A stretch of 64,000 bases of DNA, from the NCBI GenBank assembly GCA_963843525.1, contig CAWJKM010000002.1, positions 209,913 to 273,912 on the forward strand, read 5' to 3'. Positions 1-10,730 of the stretch are shown here, piece by piece; the first letter of the stretch is position 1, and every line of letters begins with the position of its first letter. This stretch comes from Ignavibacteriota bacterium (GTDB lineage Bacteria > Bacteroidota > Ignavibacteria > UBA10030 > UBA6906). The notes under the pieces are model-generated. The model was not told the DNA's origin. It was given only the letters and a program-made list of their open reading frames with translations, and did no database searches. The translations under genes were made by a program, and so were the position numbers.

Positions 1-94
1 TAACAAAAGCGACGCTGTATGGCAGCGATGGGCCATATTCGGCAAGCTGGTGGGGTGTTCCGTACAGGATGTTTTAGTCTCTTTGACCCTGGGG

Positions 95-135
95 GGTGAA
101 AAAGGTCCGGGCTTTGCGGGGGGCAAAGCCCGGAC
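95..135. other. GC-rich hairpin (13-bp stem gtccgggctttgc / gcaaagcccggac, loop gggg) in the 5' intergenic region; a T-run follows it on the minus strand
   Basis: Inverted repeat read directly from the sequence; possible terminator or structured element for a gene outside the window. Confidence 0.3.
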
Positions 136-211
136 TCGCTTGTCCCGGGGTGCAAATGTTGCGATTCATACCCGATTTCGACTAATTGTACACTGATCCG
201 ATCAAACGTCC

Positions 212-1096
212 ATGCAAAAAGTATCCTTCATAGCCGTCCTGTTCGCGTTTCTGGTGTTCGGGTGTCAGCACCCGACGGAAGTCCAGGTGCAACAGGACGA
301 CAAACCGGATCCGGTGGAAGTGACGCCGGTGCTTGTGCAGGATACGACGACATACCAGAGCCTTCTCGACTCTGCGGCCATTACTCCCGCCGATCAGTCA
401 CGTTTTGCCGCTTTCCTGCTGGTCTCCCGAATTCAGTACGATGCCGGCGGACAGGTTGTCACGACGACCACTTCGAATGTGCTCTTCACCGATCCTTTGC
501 GGCCGTTGCGCTTCAAGGGAAAGGTTTTCGGGTACTGGGGATTCAACATTGCCCCGAGTCTCGTGGCGCCGCTCACCATCAATGGAAACACGATGCGGCT
601 GATCCCGCACTGGATACGGGCTGAAAACGGCATGATGTTCCCCTTCGGCTGGGAGTATTACTGGGCGGCGACAGGTAACCCTCGATTCGACACTACGTAC
701 ACTTGGCAGAGCGTCACTGATACCGTCGGGGCCGTGAACGTGTCGATCCAGGCTCCCCCGCCCTTGACTGTCCTCGCACCGAAGGGAGGCGGGGTGTTCT
801 CGCGCAACGAGGGCCTGACACTGCATTGGACCGGAGGTGCGGGCGTAACGATTTACCTCAGTTCTCTTGATCGGATCACGAATCAAACGCGGCCGTTGGT
901 GATGTTCAAACCGCTCGGCAGTTCCGGGCGGGCTGTTATCCCCGCGAGCGTTCTCCAGGCGTTGCCGGACAAACGATATTTCGTTTTGACCTTTGTCCTT
1001 GCAAACCGGAGAGAGAACCCGAGCGTCGCGAGTTACAGCGGGAACATCCTTACGCAAGCCGCATCAGTGTACAACTGCTACGTCGAATTCCGGTAA
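212..1096 (+). CDS. hypothetical lipoprotein (294 aa)
   Basis: ORF with N-terminal signal peptide ending in lipobox-like FGC (MQKVSFIAVLFAFLVFGCQ); no recognisable catalytic motifs. Confidence 0.55.
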   Translation: MQKVSFIAVLFAFLVFGCQHPTEVQVQQDDKPDPVEVTPVLVQDTTTYQSLLDSAAITPADQSRFAAFLLVSRIQYDAGGQVVTTTTSNVLFTDPLRPLRFKGKVFGYWGFNIAPSLVAPLTINGNTMRLIPHWIRAENGMMFPFGWEYYWAATGNPRFDTTYTWQSVTDTVGAVNVSIQAPPPLTVLAPKGGGVFSRNEGLTLHWTGGAGVTIYLSSLDRITNQTRPLVMFKPLGSSGRAVIPASVLQALPDKRYFVLTFVLANRRENPSVASYSGNILTQAASVYNCYVEFR

Positions 1097-1203
1097 GGTT
1101 CCTTTTGGCGGGAAGACGATCCCAGGCACATACAGAATCCGAGCAGAATCGACCGCCATCCTTCCCGCGGATCGGGAGATCGGCCTCCGCCTGCGCGGGT
1201 CGG

Positions 1204-3189
1204 GTGGCCCGATATGTCGGCGATTCGTTCGTCGCGGTGATCTTGTTTTGTTCTTTCTCATTCAGCCAGGCTGTGTTTACTCCCCGGGAAATTTCTCTGG
1301 GCGCCGGCGTATCGTTTGTGAATGATGTCAGGGGCCTTGCCGCCAACCCCGCGGGGCTCCCGGGGATGCGGGATTGGGATGTTGAAGTCGTCAGCGCGGT
1401 GCCAAACCACGGGAGCGGATTCGTGTTCGATGGGGTGGCTGTCGGCAAACGGCTGTTTGACCGTCATGCGCTGGCGATACAGTATTCTCCGGCCACGGAG
1501 CTGGACTTCGTCCTCCCCTCAAGCGTGAAGTTCAGCGGAATCGATTTCTCGACCGACCGGACGATTACCTACAAGGAGCCGCTTGCGATTTCATATGGCG
1601 TCAGGCTTTCCAACGCTTTTTCGGTCGGGGTGGGAGGGCGGATGCGGTCGGAGGCGGTGAGCGAGCCGCAGCTCCAGTTCATTGACACGTCGGTCTCGGC
1701 ACTGCCAAATGAAGATAAGCGGACATCGTGGTTCCTCGACCTCGGTCTGAACTGGCAGCCGTCGAGGTTTTTCACCCTCTCTGCGTTGGCCAGGGGAATT
1801 CCGGTGGCCCCGGGCGGGGAATTGGAGCCTGAATTCAGACTCTATGAACTCCCACAGAAAACGACCTTCGAAGGCGGAATCGAATATTCTGCATCGGCAT
1901 CTCTCCGGGTGGCGCTGCAGGGGAGCTCAGCAGGGACAGGGGCAGTGGGAATGGAATGGATTCCGCTGCGGGATTTCAGCGTACGGGGGGCGGTCTACGC
2001 AGACCGGGACGAGTCACCGTTCGTGAATGCCATCGCTGTCGGCACGGGATGGATTGCGGGACCCCTTGAACTGGAGGTCTCGTATCTCCGGTTTGTGAAC
2101 CAGGCGAAACGCACGGGGACGATCCTTGCTTCTGAGCTCGCACACTCGGTTATCCATACCATCGGTATGAGTCCTTTTGCACCGGACCGTCTGAGTGTCG
2201 GCGTGAAAGTCTCCCTCGGGAACATCCACGTCCCGGTGATCAGGATTTTAGGGGTGGAGATGTCGGGCGCGATCTACCCGGTGATATCTCAGGAATTTGC
2301 CTACAGACCGGTCGGTAAAGTCCGTATTCAGAACATCGCCAGCACCACCGTGCAGGCAACGTCGTCGTTTTTCATCGACCAGTTGATGGACCATCCGACG
2401 GAGTCGGCGTCGGTCAAGTTGAATCCGGGAGAAGAGATGGACATTCCGCTGTTCGCGGTGTTCAACGACCATATTCAGAATGTCACCTCGGTGTCGGTGC
2501 GTGAGGGGACGGTGGTAGTGAGCGCAACGACGGTCGGCGGCGAAGACGATCGGTCACAGACGCGCGTTGTCATCCGGGGGAGGAATGACTGGGATGGGAA
2601 CGCCGAATCGCTCCGGTTTTTTGTGAAGCCCGAGAATGCCGATGTTCTCAGGACGACACGGGATATTTTGCTGGCGCAGCGATCGAGCTTTGAGGCCGTC
2701 TCGCCGGCGCTGCAGCTCTTCGAAAAGGCCCGGGCTCTCTTCAATGCGTTCGCAGGCAAGTTGGTGTATGTCAACGATCCGAAACTCAGCGCCGACTATG
2801 TCCAGTATCCTGACGAGACACTCCGCATCCGGGGGGGAGATTGTGATGACATGACCGTCTGTTTTTCTTCTCTCCTGGCGAGCGTCGGCATATCGACCGC
2901 GTTTGTCGATGTTGTCCCGCCGAAGCATCCGGAGGACAGTCATATTTATCTCATGTTTGATACGGGTCTTGACCCGCAATATGCGGACCAGATTTCTCCG
3001 AACCCGAAGCGGTACGTTATCAGGAAGAACACCGCCGGCAAGGAGACAGTCTGGATACCCGTGGAGTCTACGGTCATCATGAAGGGATTTGAAGATGCCT
3101 GGTCGACCGGAGCGCGGGAGTATTACGATGATGTGGAAGTCAATATGGGATTATCCCAGGGGTGGGTCAGAATTGTCGATGTGGATTAA
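1204..3189 (+). CDS. secreted transglutaminase-like domain protein with a beta-rich N-terminal domain
   Basis: C-terminal GGDCDDMTVCF motif typical of the transglutaminase-like cysteine-protease superfamily. The ORF track starts at 1105; a signal-peptide-like stretch (ARYVGDSFVAVILFCSFSFSQA) follows an in-frame GTG at 1204, so the start is uncertain. Confidence 0.6.
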   Translation: MARYVGDSFVAVILFCSFSFSQAVFTPREISLGAGVSFVNDVRGLAANPAGLPGMRDWDVEVVSAVPNHGSGFVFDGVAVGKRLFDRHALAIQYSPATELDFVLPSSVKFSGIDFSTDRTITYKEPLAISYGVRLSNAFSVGVGGRMRSEAVSEPQLQFIDTSVSALPNEDKRTSWFLDLGLNWQPSRFFTLSALARGIPVAPGGELEPEFRLYELPQKTTFEGGIEYSASASLRVALQGSSAGTGAVGMEWIPLRDFSVRGAVYADRDESPFVNAIAVGTGWIAGPLELEVSYLRFVNQAKRTGTILASELAHSVIHTIGMSPFAPDRLSVGVKVSLGNIHVPVIRILGVEMSGAIYPVISQEFAYRPVGKVRIQNIASTTVQATSSFFIDQLMDHPTESASVKLNPGEEMDIPLFAVFNDHIQNVTSVSVREGTVVVSATTVGGEDDRSQTRVVIRGRNDWDGNAESLRFFVKPENADVLRTTRDILLAQRSSFEAVSPALQLFEKARALFNAFAGKLVYVNDPKLSADYVQYPDETLRIRGGDCDDMTVCFSSLLASVGISTAFVDVVPPKHPEDSHIYLMFDTGLDPQYADQISPNPKRYVIRKNTAGKETVWIPVESTVIMKGFEDAWSTGAREYYDDVEVNMGLSQGWVRIVDVD

Positions 3190-3202
3190 TGGGGAACGTA
3201 TC

Positions 3203-3901
3203 ATGAAAACCTTGACCTTCTTATGTGCGATGGCGCTTCTTCCGGGCGCTGCGGCCGCGCAGGGAATCGCCGTTCAAAAAATCCAGGGCGATGTTCAGGT
3301 CCGGCACGGAGTGACAGAGCACTGGATGGCCGTGGCTGCGGGAGACATTTTGAAGCCGGACGATTCCATGAGGACGGGAGCGGACGGACGCGCCGAGATC
3401 GTTGCCGAGCGCGGCGGGATGCAAAAAAAGATCTCCCTCCCCTCGGAGGTGATCGTGGACATGGCGGACATCCGCGACCTGACCGCGGAAGAGCTCATGC
3501 TGAAGTTGACCATGGAACGCGTCCGTTCCTCACCGTATAAGTCCCGGGAGGATATTCCATCGCCCAATGCCGGTGTTGTGCATGGCGGGGACAAGGGGAC
3601 GGGTCCGGCGCTCCCTGCGAACGATCCCGTGCAGGGGACGATGCAATGGAACGGCGCACAGGTGCTGTTCGATAACGGATTCTATTCCACATGCGCGCTG
3701 AAAGGATTGGAGCTCTACCGACTCTATCCCGTAACCGCCAAAGATTACAGGCACCGCCTCATTGTCGCCGAGTCACTCGACCGCGCAAGCTTGCGCGGTG
3801 AGGCTCTCGCCGAGTACAACGCAATGCTTGGTCTTGAAGGGTTGACCCGGGCAGAGGTGGCGACAGTGAAGGAGGCAATGGCGGCTCTGCAGCAGCGTTG
3901 A
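3203..3901 (+). CDS. secreted FecR-domain protein
   Basis: Signal peptide MKTLTFLCAMALLPGAAAAQ, then QGDVQVRHG..W..GDILKPDDSMRTGADGRAEIV, which matches the FecR/DUF4974 fold pattern. ATG at 3203 lies inside the longer track ORF that begins at 3089. Confidence 0.55.
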   Translation: MKTLTFLCAMALLPGAAAAQGIAVQKIQGDVQVRHGVTEHWMAVAAGDILKPDDSMRTGADGRAEIVAERGGMQKKISLPSEVIVDMADIRDLTAEELMLKLTMERVRSSPYKSREDIPSPNAGVVHGGDKGTGPALPANDPVQGTMQWNGAQVLFDNGFYSTCALKGLELYRLYPVTAKDYRHRLIVAESLDRASLRGEALAEYNAMLGLEGLTRAEVATVKEAMAALQQR

Positions 3902-3935
3902 CTACACGCATACACCCTCCACAGCTCGAGACGAC

Positions 3936-4601
3936 ATGTTCATAGGTCATTATGCGGTGGCTCTGGCCGCGAAGAAGGCCACCCCGAAAACATCTCTCGG
4001 GCTGTTGTTCATTGCGGCACAATTCCTTGATTTGCTCTGGCCCCTCCTGGTCGTTTTCGGTGTGGAGCACGTCGGCATCGCACCGGCGACCGATCCATTC
4101 TTACGGCTGAATTTCCTCAGCTATCCTTTCTCCCACAGCTTGTTCGGCGCTTCCGTCTGGGCACTCGCGCTCGGAGGGCTCGTGGTTCTCTTCCGGAGGG
4201 ATATCGCTGAAGGGCTCATCATCGCAGGCTGTGTGATCAGCCATTGGATTCTGGACTTCTTTACGCATCGGCCGGACCTTCCCCTCACGTTTGAAGACCG
4301 GACAAAAGTGGGGCTGGGCCTATGGAATTCTGTTGCATGGACCATGCTGGTAGAGGTGGCGTTGTTTGCCGGCGGCGTGTACCTGTATCTTCAGGTCACA
4401 AAGGCGAAGGACAAGATCGGCGTGTACAGTTTCTGGGGCCTGATCGGCATTCTCTTCGTTATCTACGTCGCCAACATTTTCGGTCCCCCTCCCACCGATG
4501 CATCCCAGATCGGACTCCTTGCGAACGCAGCATGGGTATTTGTCGTGTGGGCGTTTTGGACGGACAGGCATCGCGCGGTAAAGGAGAAGAGTAGGAAGTA
4601 A
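3936..4601 (+). CDS. membrane-bound metal-dependent hydrolase-like protein (YdjM/DUF457-like)
   Basis: Multi-pass membrane protein starting MFIGHYAVALA with His-rich short loops (HWILDFFTHRPD). Confidence 0.4.
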   Translation: MFIGHYAVALAAKKATPKTSLGLLFIAAQFLDLLWPLLVVFGVEHVGIAPATDPFLRLNFLSYPFSHSLFGASVWALALGGLVVLFRRDIAEGLIIAGCVISHWILDFFTHRPDLPLTFEDRTKVGLGLWNSVAWTMLVEVALFAGGVYLYLQVTKAKDKIGVYSFWGLIGILFVIYVANIFGPPPTDASQIGLLANAAWVFVVWAFWTDRHRAVKEKSRK

Positions 4602-4674
4602 GAAGTAAGAAGTAAGAAGAAGGAAGTATGCGGTATGCAGTAGGCAGTAGGCAGAAAGAAGACAGACAGATGCG
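4591..4674 (+). repeat. degenerate heptanucleotide tandem repeat (TANGNAG-type, about 12 units) immediately 3' of the stop codon
   Basis: gtaagaa g|taagaag|taagaag|aaggaag|tatgcgg|tatgcag|taggcag|taggcag|aaagaag|acagaca|gatgcgg; 7-nt periodicity read by eye. Confidence 0.7.
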
Positions 4675-4685
4675 GCCTGGATGGG

Positions 4686-6284
4686 CTACATCGCTCCATC
4701 GGTTTCAAGCTTGTCAAAGGAGAAACCAAACAGTTTCGGGTTCTCCCCGATCACCGCCGCTGAAAAAATGTAGTACACATAGTCGTAGGTCTGGCGGGGG
4801 ATGCGATCGCGATAGGTCTGGAGGAGAGCCCAGAAATTCCGTTGCCTCGGGTTTTCCGGAAGTGCCCGGATCAGACTCCTGACCGCATTAGGCCCCCAGT
4901 TGTATGATGCCAGGACCAGCAATCCCGACGCCTGCGCTTCCGTGTCATAGATATCCCGGATGTATGCCGCCGCTGCCAGAGTCGACTTTTCCGCGAGGTG
5001 CCGTTCATCGCGTGGATCGGACCGCGCAATCTGCACAAGCGGCCCGGTCCTCAATCCGTACTGTATGGCTGTTGAAGGGATGAATTGCCACATCCCCTTG
5101 GCTATTCCAAATCTCGTGGGCGGTCCGCACAGGGTGGTGTCGAACCCGCTTTCCTGGAGCGCGAGATAGAAGAATTGCGGTGGGAGGTGCTCGTCGAGCA
5201 TGCTGTGGGTGATGAGACGGTCGTACCCCAATTCATGCGCGCGCTGAATGGAACTCGGAAGTCTGTCGGAGAGTCTCCACTCTCTGATGTAGCGTTCCAC
5301 CTCTTTGACGAATCCTTTCGGCATGTCGACCTCGCACTCTCCGAACAGGCGGGCCATCCTGTAAATCGTCAGGGTTTTTTCGTCAGAAGTCCCCTTGTAG
5401 ATGCCGAGCTCATCAACGTACTGGTCATAGCTTCTGTTCATCTGATTCAGTTTGTCCCAGTACCGGGACATCAATACACGTGCGGACGTGTCTCCCGATG
5501 CCTGGACTTCCCTTTCGAGGTTCCTGAATCCCAGTTCCAGCTCTTTCATCTGATAGAACACATCTTTCGCCTTTGTTTCGAGCTCCTGGTATTGCGTGTG
5601 CTTGTAATAGGCATAGGCGAACCCTACAAGTCCGACGACGGCGAGCACTGCAACGTACTTCCGGTATCTCTTCCTTTCGTATTTGCCTGCCCGTTCTATG
5701 AATTTCCTGACGAGTTCCTTGTGCTCCTCCACCGAGATGATGCGTGTTGACGCACGGATCACATTTCGCAATTGAGCGGGAAGACGCAATGCATGCCGGT
5801 GTTCATGTTCATCGACGGCCGGTCGTTCGATCCTGAATCCGAGGACAGGCCCCGATGGTCCCAAGCGCGCCGAAACTCCCGTGGCGAGGGGTGTTGCTTC
5901 GATGGCCTTTCCATCGAGATAGATCCCCTTTGAACCCTCAACCGTGCGCAGCCACCAGCAGTCGTCTTCGAAGACGACCTGTGCGTGATGCGGACTCACA
6001 TTATTGGATCCGATGGAAACGTCGCTGCGGGGATCGCTTCCGATCGAGAACGGTTTGTCGAACCGGAGAATGGTGGCGGGCGCACCCGGATGTTCCAGCG
6101 ACACGAAGACGATCGGCCGGTGTGTTGGCGCAGCGGTCTGCGGGCTATGATCCATGGGCGATGCTCCTGCAGACGGTTGCCGTGGGAGGGGTAGAAATGA
6201 ACCTGTCGAAAAATTAAGAATTGGGGGAGTAAGTCGCAAGAGAGGGAATATGCTTCGGATCGGGGACTGTTCCCTCGCACACAC
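4686..6284 (-). CDS. FHA-domain / transmembrane / SLT-domain lytic transglycosylase
   Basis: N-terminal FHA signature (FSIGSDPRSDVSIGSN...VSPHHAQVVFEDDCWWLRTVEGSKGIYLDG), one TM helix (VAVLAVVGLVGFAYAYY), C-terminal SLT motifs (ESGFD...IAKGMWQFIPSTA, ...ASYNWG). The true start may be the internal Met at about 6155. Confidence 0.7.
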   Translation of the reverse strand: MCAREQSPIRSIFPLLRLTPPILNFSTGSFLPLPRQPSAGASPMDHSPQTAAPTHRPIVFVSLEHPGAPATILRFDKPFSIGSDPRSDVSIGSNNVSPHHAQVVFEDDCWWLRTVEGSKGIYLDGKAIEATPLATGVSARLGPSGPVLGFRIERPAVDEHEHRHALRLPAQLRNVIRASTRIISVEEHKELVRKFIERAGKYERKRYRKYVAVLAVVGLVGFAYAYYKHTQYQELETKAKDVFYQMKELELGFRNLEREVQASGDTSARVLMSRYWDKLNQMNRSYDQYVDELGIYKGTSDEKTLTIYRMARLFGECEVDMPKGFVKEVERYIREWRLSDRLPSSIQRAHELGYDRLITHSMLDEHLPPQFFYLALQESGFDTTLCGPPTRFGIAKGMWQFIPSTAIQYGLRTGPLVQIARSDPRDERHLAEKSTLAAAAYIRDIYDTEAQASGLLVLASYNWGPNAVRSLIRALPENPRQRNFWALLQTYRDRIPRQTYDYVYYIFSAAVIGENPKLFGFSFDKLETDGAM

Positions 6285-6433
6285 ATGATTAACAATTCGC
6301 GAACTAATATTGACTACTGACGAGAGAAGCTGTACCTTGAAAATACGGAAAACCGTGCATTGGGTGCCGGAAGTGAGGAGCTCTTAAAGTCAATCATCCC
6401 GTCAACTTGCAGGGGAAACATCTTACGGGAAGA

Positions 6434-6483
6434 CGATGAAGTAAGCCGTATGCCGTAGGCAGTATGCAGATGGCGATAGCAGC
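6434..6483 (+). repeat. heptanucleotide tandem repeat (TANGNAG-type) in the divergent promoter region
   Basis: gatgaag|taagccg|tatgccg|taggcag|tatgcag|atggcga|tagcagc. Confidence 0.6.
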
Positions 6484-6675
6484 CTCCTTCGTATCTCCCA
6501 GTTCTGTACTTTGACAACCGAAGCCTTTTCATCGCGATGATGGAAAGGCTTTTGCGGTCTATGGGGTGACGATCGATGATAGTCAGCCGGGGGAGCACTG
6601 ACCAGATCATGACCTGGTCGCCAATTTCCTCACCGGGGCTTGTGTCTGTAAAAGATCAAAGCAAAGGATGTCATT

Positions 6676-7869
6676 ATGATGAAATATTTATGCTTGGTAC
6701 TCTTCCTGACCTTCAGCATTACTACCCCCTACGCCCAGGACTCGGCACGATCAAAGGGTTCCACCTCCGGGCATGACGAGAACGCCGGGGCCTTCGGATC
6801 AATTTCCATTTCATCGCAGCCCGGAGAAGCTGATGTCTACCTCGACAACGGAATGGTCGGGAGGACTCCTCTCTCTCTTGCGCGTTTTCCTGCGGGACAT
6901 CACACTCTGCAGGTAACAAAGGACGGTTACTGCGATTTCAACGATTCGCTGGACGTGGTAGCCGGGTCAGAAGTCACCCGCACAGTTCGGCTTGATAGCG
7001 CCTGTGGATTCGTCGTTCGGTCCATTCCTGATAGCGCGGCCGTCTACGTTCAGGACCTCTACATCGGCAAGACTCCGCTGACTATTAATATCCGGAAGCC
7101 AGGATGGGCCACCATCAAAATTTCAAAGCGCGACTACGCCCTGTATCAGAAGAATGTATTGTTGGAACCGGGAAGGACCGCCAATATTGACGCCCAGTTA
7201 TCAGCTCGTTTCGGAACATTCACCCTGGATTCTTATGCCAATGACATGGCGGTGTCCATCGACGGCACGCAGTACGATGGAGCGGCTCTGCACGAACAGA
7301 TGCTGCCGGCCGGCAATCATGACATAGTCATTCATCGCCCAGGTTCCACCGACAGCATTGCGCAATCAATCTTTCTCAGTATCGGTGAACAGAGTCGATG
7401 GGGTGTTCATTTCGGGAGGTTCACCATGAAACATTGCTTTCAATCCATGCTTCTCCCGGGATTGGGCCAGATGACTGACGGCGCGTTGCTCAAGGGTGTG
7501 GTGATGATGGCTGCCTTCGCTGCCTCTACCGCGTTCGCCGTCCTCGAGAGCAACGATTACACGGCGAAGGTTGACGATTTCAACAATGCCTACAACAATT
7601 ATAGACGACTCACCAACGAGGATGCGGCGAAGCAGGCAAGAGACGCATTAATTGACAAGCACAGTAGCCTCAACACCTCATTCAAATTGCGATCGGCTGG
7701 AATCATTGCGGCGTCGTCGATCTACATCTTTTCCGTTGTCGATGCGTTGCTCTTTCACACAAGGGAAAATGTCCTTGAACCCTTGTCATCGGAGGAATTG
7801 GGGCTCATTCACTCTTCCCTTGTTCTCTCCCCATCGGGCGGGCAGTGCACATTGACCATTTTCTTCTGA
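6676..7869 (+). CDS. PEGA domain-containing protein with signal peptide and C-terminal TM segment
   Basis: Repeated PEGA-like modules (ISISSQPGEADVYLDNGMVGRTPLSL; VRSIPDSAAVYVQDLYIGKTPL; FTLDSYANDMAVSIDGTQYDG). Confidence 0.6.
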   Translation: MMKYLCLVLFLTFSITTPYAQDSARSKGSTSGHDENAGAFGSISISSQPGEADVYLDNGMVGRTPLSLARFPAGHHTLQVTKDGYCDFNDSLDVVAGSEVTRTVRLDSACGFVVRSIPDSAAVYVQDLYIGKTPLTINIRKPGWATIKISKRDYALYQKNVLLEPGRTANIDAQLSARFGTFTLDSYANDMAVSIDGTQYDGAALHEQMLPAGNHDIVIHRPGSTDSIAQSIFLSIGEQSRWGVHFGRFTMKHCFQSMLLPGLGQMTDGALLKGVVMMAAFAASTAFAVLESNDYTAKVDDFNNAYNNYRRLTNEDAAKQARDALIDKHSSLNTSFKLRSAGIIAASSIYIFSVVDALLFHTRENVLEPLSSEELGLIHSSLVLSPSGGQCTLTIFF

Positions 7870-7885
7870 GGCTTGAGAGACTACA

Positions 7886-8302
7886 ATGAAAACCAATAAT
7901 CTGTGGAAAATGGCAATTGTCGGGATATCCGCTCTGATGGTCGTTTCATGCAAAAGTCCCGTAGAATTGAATCTCGACAACCCGCATGATCCCGACTCCG
8001 CCCTCTGGGTAGCGACGCGGCCCAGTATTAGCAGGGCGACACTGACGCCGGAGTATACGATCAATCTCCTCTGGATTTACGCGGACAAATATGCAGTATC
8101 GTTCAAGATCGAACGCCGCACGTACGGTACGAATACCTACGCCCTTCTCGGCACCGTAAGCGCTTCACCCGGGGGATACTACTATCAGTACGTGGATTCC
8201 TCTGCGATTCCAGCCGGCCATACTTATGCCTATCGCGTCGGTGTTGTTGGATCGGCGGGCGCAGTGACATATTCCTACGATTTTTTGGTTGATGTGTATT
8301 GA
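7886..8302 (+). CDS. small secreted lipoprotein, hypothetical
   Basis: Signal peptide with lipobox (MVVSCKSP); beta-rich sequence; no match to a known family. Confidence 0.45.
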   Translation: MKTNNLWKMAIVGISALMVVSCKSPVELNLDNPHDPDSALWVATRPSISRATLTPEYTINLLWIYADKYAVSFKIERRTYGTNTYALLGTVSASPGGYYYQYVDSSAIPAGHTYAYRVGVVGSAGAVTYSYDFLVDVY

Positions 8303-8413
8303 CTGCTTGCCGATCGATTCTCGGTGGTGATTTGGAAAAGTCCAGGGGGAAAGGAACCCAACAGCCGTAAGGGGCCTGATTTGTAAAATTGCCCAGAATT
8401 GCGCTTTTTATAG

Positions 8414-9877
<1,464 letters not shown>

Positions 9878-10196
9878 AACGATCCAGGTTCGCTGTGTGA
9901 GAGGCTCCCACTATGAGTCCAGAGAGTGAACCGTACATTTGTCCGCATTGCCGCAAGGACGTTCAACCGGACGATGATTTCTGCTCCCGTAAGACAAGTC
10001 CACTCTCCATGGGTAGTCCGGACTACACATTGTTCCGTGCGTCAGGGGAATATATGGCCACATCATCAATGAGTTCAAGCTCATGGTTCCCCTCCAGGAA
10101 GTCCTCCCGGCAAAAGAGAAGCTGCGCGAGCTGGAATTCCTGAAATAGTCGTGCCCCGTTCCTTATCGGCTTGCCACTTCACAGGGAAACACACCC

Positions 10197-10700
10197 GTGA
10201 TCCCACTTCATAACCCGCAGGACATTCGCATCATTCCCTACCGGTCGGAACTCCAACCGGCGTTCGAGCGGCTTAACCTTGGGTGGCTGAAGCAGTATGA
10301 CCTGTTGGAAGAGGAAGATCTGAAGTACCTCCATGATCCTGATCGGCACATCGTGCAACAGGGAGGACAAGTATTTTTCGCCCTTTCCGTGGAGGAGGTG
10401 GTCGGGACGTGTGCGGCCATACGGCTGAACGCATGCATCTTTGAGCTGGCAAAACTTGCCGTCGAACCGAACTTCCGACGACGCGGTCTGGGGCGTCTTC
10501 TCTCCGAGACGGTCATCTCGTTTGCACGACAGTCGGGTGCGACTCAGGTGGTCCTTACTTCAAACAGTGCGCTGAAAGAAGCGATCCTGCTTTACGAATC
10601 ACTCGGGTTCAATCACACCCCGATGCCGCCGGAAATACGATATCGTACGGCCAACGTGTATATGACCCGGGAGGTGGGGGAACGGAAAAATCATTCGTAG
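10197..10700 (+). CDS. GNAT family N-acetyltransferase
   Basis: Acetyl-CoA binding motif ...VEPNFRRRGLGRLLSE... Confidence 0.75.
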   Translation: MIPLHNPQDIRIIPYRSELQPAFERLNLGWLKQYDLLEEEDLKYLHDPDRHIVQQGGQVFFALSVEEVVGTCAAIRLNACIFELAKLAVEPNFRRRGLGRLLSETVISFARQSGATQVVLTSNSALKEAILLYESLGFNHTPMPPEIRYRTANVYMTREVGERKNHS

Positions 10701-10730
10701 GTCCATGCTCCCATTTCCCGGAAGGATGAA

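Noticed and set aside
5085-5750. 221-aa plus-strand ORF
   Set aside because: It lies antisense within the FHA-SLT gene.
9913-10143. 76-aa ORF with a CPHC...C zinc-ribbon-like motif and an upstream GAGAGG
   Set aside because: Its codon usage is strongly A/T-ending, unlike neighbouring genes, and it has only three Cys residues, so it is probably non-coding. It is kept only as a low-probability small protein.
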